32,000 bases of DNA from Delftia acidovorans NBRC 14950 (GCF_001598795.1 NZ_BCZP01000020.1:30001-62000), one strand, 5' to 3'; counted from the stretch's first letter, positions 1 to 9,109 are shown. The notes: a model not told the origin generated them from the sequence alone. A program made the numbers and translations.

Positions 1-269
1 CAACCCTGCTCATGGGCCCCCTGCTGGCGCCGACTGCAGCGAAGTTCGGCATCGATCCGATCCACTTCGCCATCATTTTGGTGACCAACATCGAGCTCGG
101 GCTGCTCACGCCGCCGCTGGCCGCGAACCTCTATGTGGCGGCACGAACAAACAAGGTACCGATCATCGACCTGCTTCGAAACCTGGGCTGGTTCCTGGTG
201 GCGTGCCTGGTCGTGATGGCCATGATCACCTACGTTCCGCAGCTGCCCCTTTGGTATCGATTTTTCTAA
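1..269 (+). CDS. TRAP transporter large permease subunit (DctM family), 3' fragment; the gene begins upstream of the window
   Basis: The frame is open from the window edge to TAA 267-269. The translation (GPLLAPTAAKFGIDPIHFAIILVTNIELGLLTPPLAANLYVAA...) is the conserved C-terminal membrane segment of DctM-type permeases. Confidence 0.8.
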   Translation, partial: TLLMGPLLAPTAAKFGIDPIHFAIILVTNIELGLLTPPLAANLYVAARTNKVPIIDLLRNLGWFLVACLVVMAMITYVPQLPLWYRFF

Positions 270-1156
270 GCCGCGATGCCCCGCATCCCCATCAAAACCT
301 CAATCGTCACCGTCGTCGCGTCGTCATCCGGCCTTTTGCGATGCGCGATGCCCAACGCCCTTGACAGTGCCGGCCGCAGGGGTCGCGTGGTGATGCGTGG
401 GTCAGGCTGCGGTGCGCCGGCCTCGTGGGGCAGCAGCGCGGCGCCGTAGCCCGCCGCCACCAGGCTCTTCATTGCGTCGTTGTAGTTCAGCTCGATCCGT
501 GCCTGTGGCCGGGCGCCGCCTGCGGCAAACCATTCGGCGGTCTGGCGTGACAGCCGGGTTCCACGGTCGTTGGCGATCAGCGGACGGGCCGCAAGCCACG
601 CGGGCGTGATGTGCTGCGGCGGCTTCCAGGCGGCCGGGATGAAGGCCAGCACGGGGTCCTGGCGCCAGGCCTGCACCTGCAGCCCGCGCAGCACGGGCTG
701 TGGCAAGGCAACGATGCCGATGTCCAGGCTGCCGGCGGCCAGGCGCGCCAGGGCTTCCTCGCTGGTCATCACCGCCACTTGCACGTCGATCTCGGGATGC
801 CGGGCGGCCAGGGTTTCCAGCGCCTGGGGCAAGAGGTGCGCGAGTGCGCCGGTGGAGGCGCCCAGGCGCACGCGGCCCCCGCGCGTGGCGATCTGGCGCT
901 GCACGGTCTGCAGGAGATCGTCGGCCTCGGCCAGGAGCTGGCGCGCCTTGTCTATCAGCAGGCTGCCCGCCGATGTGGCGGTGACGCCGGCCGGTGCGCG
1001 GTGCAATAGACGAGTTCCCAGACGCTCTTCGAGCTGCGCCACATGCAGCGTCACCGTGGGCGGCGCCAGGTGCAGCACCTTGGCGGCGGCGGCGAATGAG
1101 CCCAGGTCGGCCACCGTCAGCAGGGTGCGCAGACGGTCCAGATTGATTTCGCGCAT
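266..1156 (-). CDS. LysR family transcriptional regulator
   Basis: ATG at 1156. The N-terminal wHTH ([39 protein letters not shown]) is followed by a LysR substrate-binding domain. The gene is divergent from argC. Its stop overlaps the DctM stop by 4 nt (convergent). Confidence 0.9.
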   Translation of the reverse strand: MREINLDRLRTLLTVADLGSFAAAAKVLHLAPPTVTLHVAQLEERLGTRLLHRAPAGVTATSAGSLLIDKARQLLAEADDLLQTVQRQIATRGGRVRLGASTGALAHLLPQALETLAARHPEIDVQVAVMTSEEALARLAAGSLDIGIVALPQPVLRGLQVQAWRQDPVLAFIPAAWKPPQHITPAWLAARPLIANDRGTRLSRQTAEWFAAGGARPQARIELNYNDAMKSLVAAGYGAALLPHEAGAPQPDPRITTRPLRPALSRALGIAHRKRPDDDATTVTIEVLMGMRGIAA

Positions 1157-1181
1157 GGTGCGGTGTCCCAGGTTGCCAGCA

Positions 1182-1198
1182 ATTCAGGAATCATGAAT
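1182..1198. promoter_or_regulatory. Candidate LysR-type operator (ATTCA-N7-TGAAT, contains T-N11-A)
   Basis: The inverted repeat ATTCAGGAATCATGAAT lies in the 119-nt divergent LysR/argC intergenic region. Confidence 0.4.
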
Positions 1199-1275
1199 CC
1201 GTAGTTTGTCAGATTCAACTGGTCTGCATGCGGCAGGCGCTGCACCATGCGCTCCACACCCAATCGGAGCAACCC

Positions 1276-2262
1276 ATGACCTCTCTTGTTTTCATCGATG
1301 GCGACCAAGGCACCACCGGCCTGCAGGTGCGCGAATGGCTGGCGGATCGGACCGACCTGCGCCTGCTGCAACTGCCGGCCGACCAGCGCAAAAGCACGGC
1401 GCACCGTGCCGAGGCGCTCAACGACTGCGACATCGCCTTGCTGTGCCTGCCGGACGAGGCTGCGCGCGAGGCCGTGGCGCTGGTGCGCCGGCCCGGCGTG
1501 CGCGTGATCGATGCGAGTTCTGCGCATCGCACCGCGCCGGGCTGGGTCTATGGCCTGCCGGAACTGGAGGCAGGCCAGGCTGAACGCATCGCCCATGCCC
1601 GGCGCGTCAGCAATCCCGGCTGCTATCCGACAGGTGCGCTGGCACTGCTCAGGCCCTTGATCGACGCGGGCCTGCTGCCCCCCGACTACCCGCTGGCCAT
1701 TCACGCGGTATCGGGCTACTCGGGACGGGGCCGCGCAGGACTGCTGGACCATGAGGGCGCTGCCGCCGCGACTGCCGTGCCCCTGCAGGTCTATGGCCTG
1801 GGACTGCACCACAAGCACGTGCCCGAGATCCAGCAGCATGCCGGCCTGGCCCATGCGCCGGTGTTCGTGCCGGCCTATGGCCACTACCGGCAAGGCATCG
1901 TACTGACCATCGCCCTGCATCTGCGGCTGCTGCCCGCTGGTGTGACCGCCCGCAGCCTGCACGCTGCGCTGCAGGTGCGGTATCAGGGCCAGCCCTGCAT
2001 CGAGCTGCAACCCCTGGAGGAGGACGCCGATGCGCAGCGGCTCGATCCGCGCGCGCTCAATGGCAGCAACCGGATGCGGCTCGCGGTGTTCGGACAGCCG
2101 CAGGAGCAGCAGGTGCTGCTGACCGCCGTGTTCGACAACCTGGGCAAGGGCGCCGCCGGCGCGGCGGTGCAGAACCTTGATCTGATGCTCGGGCTGCAGC
2201 CACTGCTGCAGCCACTGCTCCACGGCTCAACGAATCCGTCGCGCATTCCCCTCCCCCTCTGA
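1276..2262 (+). CDS. argC: N-acetyl-gamma-glutamyl-phosphate reductase (short, type-2 ArgC)
   Basis: ATG 1276 is preceded by GGAG at 1266-1269. Diagnostic motifs are present: [22 protein letters not shown], the catalytic NPGCYPTG, and the C-terminal [20 protein letters not shown]. The ORF-track start at 1228 adds 16 non-conserved residues. Confidence 0.85.
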   Translation: MTSLVFIDGDQGTTGLQVREWLADRTDLRLLQLPADQRKSTAHRAEALNDCDIALLCLPDEAAREAVALVRRPGVRVIDASSAHRTAPGWVYGLPELEAGQAERIAHARRVSNPGCYPTGALALLRPLIDAGLLPPDYPLAIHAVSGYSGRGRAGLLDHEGAAAATAVPLQVYGLGLHHKHVPEIQQHAGLAHAPVFVPAYGHYRQGIVLTIALHLRLLPAGVTARSLHAALQVRYQGQPCIELQPLEEDADAQRLDPRALNGSNRMRLAVFGQPQEQQVLLTAVFDNLGKGAAGAAVQNLDLMLGLQPLLQPLLHGSTNPSRIPLPL

Positions 2263-2388
2263 GCGAGGGGACATGCACCCCCTGCATAGCGCGGCAAGCA
2301 GGCCGCCGCCTCGCTGCCAGCCAGACCGAAGCGGGTACTGCGCCAGTCGGCCTGAACCGTGCGGCTCGGCGGGCCAGGGCCTGCGGTT

Positions 2389-2970
2389 TCAGCGGGGCAG
2401 CCTGTCGATGGTCTGGATCAGCAACTGGGCCAACCTGTCGCTGGCGGCCTGGGTGCGGTGCACGCCATCCGGGTTCAGATCCTCGTCCCCGCGAAAATCG
2501 GCATCCCAGCCGGCGTGCGGTATGCCCTGTTGCGTGGCGATGTCGTGCATCACCGCGTTCAGGGCGTCAAGGTTGTCCGTCCATTCCACGGGAAAGCGCC
2601 CCAGCGGCATGCCGGGCAGGCCCGTGAACACGGGAGTGGAGCCGCATTCCCGACTGATGCGCACGGCCTCCAGCAGGTCGGCCCGGTACTCGTCTGGCGG
2701 GACCAGGCCGAAGCCGTCATTGGCGCCCAGGGCGATGACCGTGACGCGGCTGTTGTGCGGCACGTCGGCAAACGTCAGCATGAGTTTTTGCAACCGCAGG
2801 CCGTTGATGCACCTGTCATCCAGCGTCCACCAGGGGCGTGCCGCCTGGATGCGCTGCACCGGCGTGATGTCCACGCTGTAGCCGTTGAGAATGCTGTCGC
2901 CGTTGAGCTCGATGCTCAACGGGCAGCGATAGCCAAACAGCCGGCACAGCAGCTTTTGCAACCAATCCAT
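2389..2970 (-). CDS. SGNH/GDSL-family hydrolase (lipase/esterase-like)
   Basis: Block I is NGDSILNG, block III is ALGANDG and block V is DGVHRT. ATG 2970 has a strong AGGAGG RBS (complement of 2977-2982) 6 nt upstream. The ORF-track start at 3006 is a less likely alternative. Confidence 0.75.
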   Translation of the reverse strand: MDWLQKLLCRLFGYRCPLSIELNGDSILNGYSVDITPVQRIQAARPWWTLDDRCINGLRLQKLMLTFADVPHNSRVTVIALGANDGFGLVPPDEYRADLLEAVRISRECGSTPVFTGLPGMPLGRFPVEWTDNLDALNAVMHDIATQQGIPHAGWDADFRGDEDLNPDGVHRTQAASDRLAQLLIQTIDRLPR

Positions 2971-3118
2971 ATCGAACCTCCTGGGGAATGCGGGCATGGA
3001 CGACACGGCATGTGTCGTTCACCCGATGATCCGCGAGGCTCCCTCGCCCGCAGGCACTCCGGGCGCCATGGCCTGGCGTGCAGTGCCCAGGCACATCATC
3101 TGAAGGGCGCCAGGGCCG

Positions 3119-3538
3119 CTATCCCACCATCTCCCGCACCCAGCCCGGCAACTCGATGGCCTTCTGCCTGGGAAAGTCCACCCAGATCACGGTGCCGCCG
3201 CCGGCCGCGCAGATGACGCCGGGCTCGGAGATGCGTTCCATGGTTCCCCAGGTCTCGAAGGTGGTGCGGCCGGGGTCGCTGACGTACATCTTGAGCAGCA
3301 CTTCGTCGGGATAGGCCAGCTGCTGGTGGAAGTTGCAGAACGCATTGACGATGACCGGCCCCTGCCCGCCCGGCGTAGGCGCCATGCCCGCTTCGACCAT
3401 CCAGTCGATGCGGGCAGTCTCCAGATAGCGGAAGTACATGGCGTTGTTGACATGGCCCATGGCGTCCATGTCGCCCCAGCGCACTTTGAATCGCATCTCG
3501 TGAACGCATTTTTTATATTCTGGAATCTCTATGCGCAT
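3119..3538 (-). CDS. Acyl-CoA thioesterase, hotdog-fold 4HBT/YbgC-like
   Basis: The motif VRWGDMDAMGHVNNAMYFRYLE is typical of YbgC/FadM-type thioesterases. ATG 3538 is preceded by AAGGAG, whereas the ORF-track start at 3571 lacks an RBS. Confidence 0.8.
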   Translation of the reverse strand: MRIEIPEYKKCVHEMRFKVRWGDMDAMGHVNNAMYFRYLETARIDWMVEAGMAPTPGGQGPVIVNAFCNFHQQLAYPDEVLLKMYVSDPGRTTFETWGTMERISEPGVICAAGGGTVIWVDFPRQKAIELPGWVREMVG

Positions 3539-3695
3539 GCCTGCAGTCTCCTTGTTGTAGCGCCACCGCAAGGCACCATGCCCCGCAGCCCCCGGTCACT
3601 GTGCAGCAGGGCGGATTCCCGCGCTGTCACCTATCAGCAACGACGGGGTCCACGCACGTCATAGAATCCACCGCATTGCGGCATTTGCGCTGCAG

Positions 3696-3711
3696 CCGAA
3701 CGAACGTTCGG
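3696..3711. promoter_or_regulatory. Candidate operator: inverted repeat CCGAACG-AA-CGTTCGG, plus a third GCCGAAC copy at 3715-3721
   Basis: Seen directly about 50 nt upstream of the ETF-QO start codon, in the divergent thioesterase/ETF-QO intergenic region. Confidence 0.3.
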
Positions 3712-3756
3712 TCTGCCGAACATCCTGTTTTTTCAATATCCAAGCGAGACACCCCG

Positions 3757-5457
3757 ATGACGAACGAAGAAATCCTGGCCCAGTACGGGCCGCGCGAAGC
3801 CATGGAATACGACGTGGTGGTGGTTGGCGGCGGCCCCGGCGGGCTGGCCACAGCCATCCGCCTCAAGCAGCTGGCGGCCGAAAAAGGCCAGGATGTCTCC
3901 GTCGTCGTGCTGGAAAAGGGCTCGGAGCCCGGTGCCCACATCCTGTCGGGCGCCATCATGGACCCGCGTGCGCTGACCGAGCTGATCCCTGACTGGAAGG
4001 AAAAGGGCGCGCCCCTGACCCAACCCGTCACCGATGACGCCATGGTTTTCCTGGGTGAGAAATCCGCCCTGCGCACCCCCAACTTCCTGCTGCCGGCCTG
4101 CTTCCAGAACCATGGCAACTACATCGTTCGCCTGGGCTACGTGGTCAAGTGGCTGGGCGAGCAGGCCGAGGCACTGGGCGTTGAAATCTTCCCGGGTTTT
4201 GCTGCCGCCGAGGTGCTCTACAACGAGGACGGCTCGGTCAAGGGCGTGGCCACCGGCAACATGGGCATCGGCAAGGACGGCGAGCCCACGGGCGAGTTCC
4301 AGCTGGGCATGGAGCTGCACGCCAAGTACACGATCTTTGCCGAAGGCTCACGCGGCCACCTGGGCAAGCAGATCATTGCCAAATACCAGCTGGACGCCGG
4401 CAAGGACCCGCAAAGTTACGGCCTGGGCATCAAGGAGCTGTGGGAAATCGACCCGGCACGCCACAAGCCCGGCTTCGTGATGCACACGGCCGGCTGGCCC
4501 ATGGACAGCAAGACCTACGGCGGCGCCTTCCTCTACCACCTGGACGACAACAAGGTCACGCTGGGCTTCATCACGGGCCTGGACTATGCCAACCCCTACC
4601 TGAGCCCCTTCGAGGAATTCCAGCGCTGGAAGACCCATCCCAACATCCGCTACTACCTGGAAGGCGACGAGTCCAAGGGCATCAAGCCGGCCAAGCGCCT
4701 GGGCTACGGCGCGCGCGCCATCACGGCCGGCGGCCTGCTGTCCCTGCCCAAGTTCGTGTTCCCGGGCGGCGCGCTCGTGGGCTGCGACGCAGGTTTCCTG
4801 AACGTCAGCCGTATCAAGGGCAGCCATGCCGCCATCAAGACCGGCATGCTGGCCGCCGAAGCCGCCTATGACGCCATCGTCGCGGGCCGCCAGGGCGACG
4901 AGCTGGGCGCCTATGTAGAGGCCTTCGAGAACAGCTGGCTGTACGAAGAGCTGAACAAGTCGCGCAACTTCAAGGCCTGGTTCAAGAAGGGCCTGACCAC
5001 AGCCACGCTGATGAACGGCATCGAGCAGTTCGTGCTCAAGGGCAACATCCCCTGGACGCTGCACCGCGACAAGCCCGACCACGCCTACCTTAAGCCTGCG
5101 GCCGAGTGCAAGCCCATCGACTACCCCAAGCCCGATGGCAAGCTGACCTTCGACCGCCTGTCCAGCGTCTTCATCAGCAACACCAACCACGCCGAAGACC
5201 AGCCCGCCCACCTGACGCTCAAGGACGCCTCGGTGCCCGTGGCCATCAACCTGGCCAAGTACGCAGGCCCCGAGCAGCGCTACTGCCCGGCCGGCGTCTA
5301 TGAGTTCGTGGACGACACGGCCCAGGGCGGCAAGCGCCTGCAGATCAACGCCCAGAACTGCGTGCACTGCAAGACCTGCGACATCAAGGACCCCACGCAG
5401 AACATCGTCTGGGTCACACCCGAAGGCGGCGGCGGGCCGAACTACGCGGGCATGTGA
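3757..5457 (+). CDS. Electron-transfer flavoprotein-ubiquinone oxidoreductase (ETF-QO)
   Basis: FAD-binding motif YDVVVVGGGPGGLA and C-terminal 4Fe-4S ferredoxin motif CPAGVYEF...CVHCKTCDIKDP...PEGGGGPNY. The protein is about 566 aa from ATG 3757. The GTG at 3601 adds 52 non-conserved residues. Confidence 0.92.
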   Translation: MTNEEILAQYGPREAMEYDVVVVGGGPGGLATAIRLKQLAAEKGQDVSVVVLEKGSEPGAHILSGAIMDPRALTELIPDWKEKGAPLTQPVTDDAMVFLGEKSALRTPNFLLPACFQNHGNYIVRLGYVVKWLGEQAEALGVEIFPGFAAAEVLYNEDGSVKGVATGNMGIGKDGEPTGEFQLGMELHAKYTIFAEGSRGHLGKQIIAKYQLDAGKDPQSYGLGIKELWEIDPARHKPGFVMHTAGWPMDSKTYGGAFLYHLDDNKVTLGFITGLDYANPYLSPFEEFQRWKTHPNIRYYLEGDESKGIKPAKRLGYGARAITAGGLLSLPKFVFPGGALVGCDAGFLNVSRIKGSHAAIKTGMLAAEAAYDAIVAGRQGDELGAYVEAFENSWLYEELNKSRNFKAWFKKGLTTATLMNGIEQFVLKGNIPWTLHRDKPDHAYLKPAAECKPIDYPKPDGKLTFDRLSSVFISNTNHAEDQPAHLTLKDASVPVAINLAKYAGPEQRYCPAGVYEFVDDTAQGGKRLQINAQNCVHCKTCDIKDPTQNIVWVTPEGGGGPNYAGM

Positions 5458-5494
5458 TCCGCACGCCACACCGGCCCTCCTCTGAAGCCTGCCC

Positions 5495-5521
5495 AAGCCT
5501 GCTTGTGCAGGCTTTTTCTTT
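5495..5521 (+). terminator. Rho-independent terminator of the ETF-QO gene
   Basis: AAGCCTGC-TTGT-GCAGGCTT stem (8 bp) followed by TTTTTCTTT, 38 nt after the stop codon. Confidence 0.7.
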
Positions 5522-5861
5522 GAGCGCCGTCAAAGCCATGCAGGCCCAGAAAGCATAGAAGGCCATCCGAAAGGCGCTTGCACGCAATAAAAATGCACGA
5601 CAAAGCCAAAAACAAGCCCCTGAAGACGCAAACCTGCACCGCCAAACCTATCCAACACGCATGAAAAAGTTGCACCTAGGGCATTCCCCGCAGATTTCAT
5701 GCCAATTTTTAGATACAAACCTATAGGTGAAAACCGGGTCGTCCAAACGCCAAGGCGTACAGGGCGGCTGCAGTAGACTTTGCCGCGAAGCGCCGCGACC
5801 GTCCTGTGCGGCCTTCTGCTGAGCAAACAGGAACAAACACAAGCACGTTGGAGATACACGT

Positions 5862-6833
5862 ATGAAGCACTTGTCTTGGGCGCCCCTGGGCGCGCTGGCC
5901 CTGGCAATTTCCGCCATCACGGGCGGCGCCCACGCCGCTGACGAGAAGTCGGTCGCAGTGACCGCCATCGTCGAGCACCCTGCACTCGACGCCGTGCGCG
6001 ACGGCGTGCAGGCCGCGCTCAAGGAAGCAGGCTACGAAGCCGGCAAGAATCTCAAGTGGCAGTACCAGAGTGCCCAGGGCAACACCGGCACGGCCGCGCA
6101 GATCGCACGCAAGTTCGTGGGCGACAAGCCTGACGCCATCGTGGCCATCGCCACGCCCTCGGCCCAGGCCGTGGTCGCATCGACCAAGACCGTGCCCGTG
6201 GTGTTCTCCGCCGTGACCGACCCCGTGGCCGCCAAGCTGGTGCCCAGCTGGGAGCCGTCCAAGAACAACGTGACCGGCGTGTCCGACCTGTTGGCCCTGG
6301 ACAAGCAGATGGATCTGGTCAAGCAGGTCGTGCCCAACGCCAAGCGCGTGGGCATGGTCTACAACCCCGGCGAGGCCAACTCCGCCGTGGTGGTCAAGGA
6401 ACTCAAGGCCCTGCTGCCCAAGCTGGGCATGACCCTGGTGGAAGCCGCCGCACCCCGTTCCGTGGACGTCAGCAGCGCCGCGCGCAGCCTGGTCGGCAAG
6501 GTCGACGTGATCTATACCAATACCGACAACAACGTGGTCTCGGCCTACGAGTCGCTGGTCAAGGTCGGCCAGGACGCCAAGATCCCGCTGGTGGCCTCGG
6601 ACACCGACTCCGTCAAGCGCGGCGCCGTGGCTGCCCTGGGCATCAACTACCGCGATCTGGGCGAGCAAACCGGCCGCATGGTCGTGCGCATCCTCAAGGG
6701 CGAAAAGCCCGGCGACATGAAGACCGAAGTCAGCACCAAGATGGAGCTGTTCGTGAATCCCGGCGCCGCCGAGAAGCAAGGCGTCAAGCTGTCCGACGCG
6801 CTGGTCAAGTCGGCCGCCCAGGTGATCAAGTAA
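5862..6833 (+). CDS. ABC transporter substrate-binding protein (ABC_sub_bind / PF04392-type, COG2984-like); substrate unknown
   Basis: GGAGA RBS and a signal peptide ending ...GGAHA/AD. The conserved core is VAVTAIVEHPALDAVRDGVQAALKEAGY...IVAIATPSAQAV. A matching permease and ATPase follow. Confidence 0.85.
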   Translation: MKHLSWAPLGALALAISAITGGAHAADEKSVAVTAIVEHPALDAVRDGVQAALKEAGYEAGKNLKWQYQSAQGNTGTAAQIARKFVGDKPDAIVAIATPSAQAVVASTKTVPVVFSAVTDPVAAKLVPSWEPSKNNVTGVSDLLALDKQMDLVKQVVPNAKRVGMVYNPGEANSAVVVKELKALLPKLGMTLVEAAAPRSVDVSSAARSLVGKVDVIYTNTDNNVVSAYESLVKVGQDAKIPLVASDTDSVKRGAVAALGINYRDLGEQTGRMVVRILKGEKPGDMKTEVSTKMELFVNPGAAEKQGVKLSDALVKSAAQVIK

Positions 6834-6882
6834 TACCCGGGGTTTGCCTGCCCGGGACCAACCCGGGCAGTGCGCCCACGGT

Positions 6883-6919
6883 GGCAGGCGCCATGGCAAC
6901 ATGGCCCTGCCCTTTTTTT
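6883..6919 (+). terminator. Intrinsic terminator/attenuator between the binding-protein and permease genes
   Basis: A 12-bp stem (GGCAGGCGCCATG / CATGGCCCTGCC, one bulged C) with a GCAA loop, followed by C plus seven T. It is preceded by a second 9-bp hairpin, CTGCCCGGG-ACCAA-CCCGGGCAG, at 6848-6870. Confidence 0.7.
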
Positions 6920-6956
6920 AAGTCGTTTTCTGTCCCACGCGCCTGTCGCTCCTCCT

Positions 6957-7844
6957 ATGTCTCTTTTCTCATTGCTCGGTGCCGTCGAGATCGGCCTGAT
7001 CTTCAGCCTGGTGGCGCTGGGCGTCTTCATCTCGTTCAGATTGCTGCGCTTTCCCGACCTCACGGTGGACGGCAGCTTCCCGCTGGGCGGCGCCGTCTGC
7101 GCCATCCTGATTTCCACGGGCACCAACCCCTGGCTGGCCACGCTGGCCGGCACGGCCGCGGGCGCCGTCGCGGGCCTGATCACGGGCTGGCTCAATGTGC
7201 GCCTGAAGATCATGGATCTGCTGGCCTCCATCCTGATGATGATCGGCCTGTATTCGGTCAACCTGCGCATCATGGGCGGCCCCAACGTGCCGCTGATCAA
7301 CGAGACCACGCTGTTCACCCTGCTGCAGCCCGACAGCGTGGCTGACTATGTGATGCGCCCGGTCATCCTGTTCGTGATCGTCGTGCTGGCCAAGCTGGGC
7401 CTGGACTGGTTCTTCGCCACCGAGCGGGGCCTGGCCATCCGCGCCACGGGCTCCAACGCCCGCATGGCCCGTTCGCAGGGTGTGAACACCGGCGCCATGA
7501 TCCTGCTGGGCATGGCGATCTCCAACGGCCTGGTCGGCCTGGCCGGCGCGCTGTTCGTGCAGACCCAGGGCGGCTCGGACATTTCCATGGGTATCGGCAC
7601 CATCGTCATCGGCCTGGCTGCCGTGATCGTGGGCGAGTCCATCCTGCCTTCGCGCCGCATCGTCTGGGCCACGCTGGCCGTGGTGGTGGGCGCCATCGTC
7701 TACCGCTTCTTCATTGCAGCGGCCCTCAACAGCGATTTCATCGGCCTCAAGGCCCAGGATCTGAACCTCGTCACCGCCCTGCTGGTGACCGTCGCCCTGG
7801 TGATCCCCCAACTGAAGCGCAAGTTTGCACAGCGCAAGTCCTGA
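6957..7844 (+). CDS. ABC transporter permease (COG4120-like partner of the PF04392 binding protein)
   Basis: The translation is multi-TM. The N-terminus MSLFSLLGAVEIGLIFSLVALGVFISFRLLRFPDLTVDGSFPLGGA matches this permease family. The GTG at 6870 would read through the terminator. Confidence 0.85.
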   Translation: MSLFSLLGAVEIGLIFSLVALGVFISFRLLRFPDLTVDGSFPLGGAVCAILISTGTNPWLATLAGTAAGAVAGLITGWLNVRLKIMDLLASILMMIGLYSVNLRIMGGPNVPLINETTLFTLLQPDSVADYVMRPVILFVIVVLAKLGLDWFFATERGLAIRATGSNARMARSQGVNTGAMILLGMAISNGLVGLAGALFVQTQGGSDISMGIGTIVIGLAAVIVGESILPSRRIVWATLAVVVGAIVYRFFIAAALNSDFIGLKAQDLNLVTALLVTVALVIPQLKRKFAQRKS

Positions 7845-7860
7845 TCGCCGGAGAACCCTC

Positions 7861-8655
7861 ATGCTGAGCGCACAACAACTCGAAATCACCTTCAACCCCG
7901 GCACGCCCATCGAAACGCGGGCGCTGCGCGGCATGTCGCTGGACATTCCCGACGGCCAGTTCGTCACCGTCATCGGCTCCAACGGCGCCGGCAAGTCCAC
8001 CTTCCTGAACGCCGTCTCGGGCGACCTGTCCGTGGACAAGGGCCGCATCGAGATCGCCGGCCAGGACATGACGCGCCTGCCCGTGTGGGCCCGCTCCGAG
8101 CGCGTGGCCCGCGTCTTCCAGGACCCCATGGCGGGCACCTGCGAGGACCTGACCATCGAGGAAAACATGGCCCTGGCCCAACGCCGCGGCACCTTCCGCC
8201 GCCTGAGCCGCGCCGTCAAGGCAGAGATGCGCGACAACTTCCGCGAGCGCCTGTCCATCCTGGGCCTGGGCCTGGAAAACCGCCTGACCGACCGCATCGG
8301 CCTGCTCTCTGGCGGCCAGCGCCAGGCCGTGAGCCTGCTGATGGCGGCGCTGCAGCCTTCGCGCATCCTGCTGCTGGACGAGCACACCGCCGCGCTCGAC
8401 CCGCGCACGGCCGACTTCGTGCTGCAGCTGACGGCGCGCATCGTCTCCGAGGCCAAGCTCACCACCATGATGGTCACCCACAGCATGCGCCAGGCGCTGG
8501 ACGTGGGCGAGCGCACGGTGATGCTGCACCAGGGCCAGGTGGTGCTCGACGTCAGCGGCGAAGAACGCGCCCGCATGGACGTGCCAGACCTGCTGCACAT
8601 GTTCGAGAAGGTGCGCGGCGAAAAGCTGGCCGACGACGCGCTGCTGCTGGGCTGA
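7861..8655 (+). CDS. ABC transporter ATP-binding protein (COG1101-like)
   Basis: Walker A GSNGAGKST, signature LSGGQRQA, Walker B ILLLDEHTAALD and an H-loop. The ATG at 7861 lies 16 nt after the permease stop. Confidence 0.9.
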   Translation: MLSAQQLEITFNPGTPIETRALRGMSLDIPDGQFVTVIGSNGAGKSTFLNAVSGDLSVDKGRIEIAGQDMTRLPVWARSERVARVFQDPMAGTCEDLTIEENMALAQRRGTFRRLSRAVKAEMRDNFRERLSILGLGLENRLTDRIGLLSGGQRQAVSLLMAALQPSRILLLDEHTAALDPRTADFVLQLTARIVSEAKLTTMMVTHSMRQALDVGERTVMLHQGQVVLDVSGEERARMDVPDLLHMFEKVRGEKLADDALLLG

Positions 8656-8672
8656 GCGCTCCGCACTTCCGG

Positions 8673-8702
8673 GAACAAGGGGCGCTGCGGCGCCCCTTGT
8701 TC
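8673..8702. terminator. Bidirectional terminator-like hairpin between convergent genes
   Basis: A perfect 13-bp stem, GAACAAGGGGCGC-TGCG-GCGCCCCTTGTTC. U-tracts are poor on both strands. Confidence 0.55.
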
Positions 8703-8722
8703 ATGGGATGGCTACGGGCTGG

Positions 8723-9109
8723 CTATACCCACACGTCGTTCAACGCCGTCCTCTCGCCGCCTTCCTCCCCGGTGTTCAGCACCCCGCGCGGCTCGATCAG
8801 CATGAGGCGGGCTTCCCGCTCGGCGCTGGGCTTGTGCTCCGTGCCTTTGGGGACCACGTACAGCTCGCCCTGGCGCAGCAGCACATGGCCATCACGGAAG
8901 TCGATGCGCAGCTCGCCATCCAGCACCAGGAAGGCTTCATCCGTTTCGGCATGCGAGTGCCAGATGAACTCGCCCTGCACGCGCACGATCTTGAACTGGT
9001 AGTCGTTCATCTCGGCGACGACGCGGGGGCTCCACTGGCCGGTGAAGCGGCTGAATTTGTCGGGGAAGTTGATGGCCTCGTAGGGGCGGTTTCCAACGGG
9101 GAACGTCAT
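8723..9109 (-). CDS. Cupin domain-containing protein
   Basis: 128 aa. The cupin motifs are G(X)5HxH-like (FIWHSHAETDEAFLVLDGEL) and GELYVVPKGTEH. Confidence 0.8.
   Translation of the reverse strand: MTFPVGNRPYEAINFPDKFSRFTGQWSPRVVAEMNDYQFKIVRVQGEFIWHSHAETDEAFLVLDGELRIDFRDGHVLLRQGELYVVPKGTEHKPSAEREARLMLIEPRGVLNTGEEGGERTALNDVWV

Noticed and set aside
3601-3756. GTG-3601 start for ETF-QO (52 extra residues).
   Set aside because: The extra residues are non-conserved and overlap the divergent promoter/operator region. The FAD-binding fold begins shortly after ATG 3757.
5442-5675. 77-aa minus-strand ORF with a hydrophobic-looking N-terminus in the ETF-QO/ABC intergenic region.
   Set aside because: It has no RBS. 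Its 3' part overlaps the ETF-QO terminator and coding end, and its codon usage is atypical (GC3 low).
6870-6956. GTG-6870 start for the ABC permease.
   Set aside because: It would require translating through a 12-bp stem and T7 terminator. The family-typical N-terminus begins at ATG 6957.
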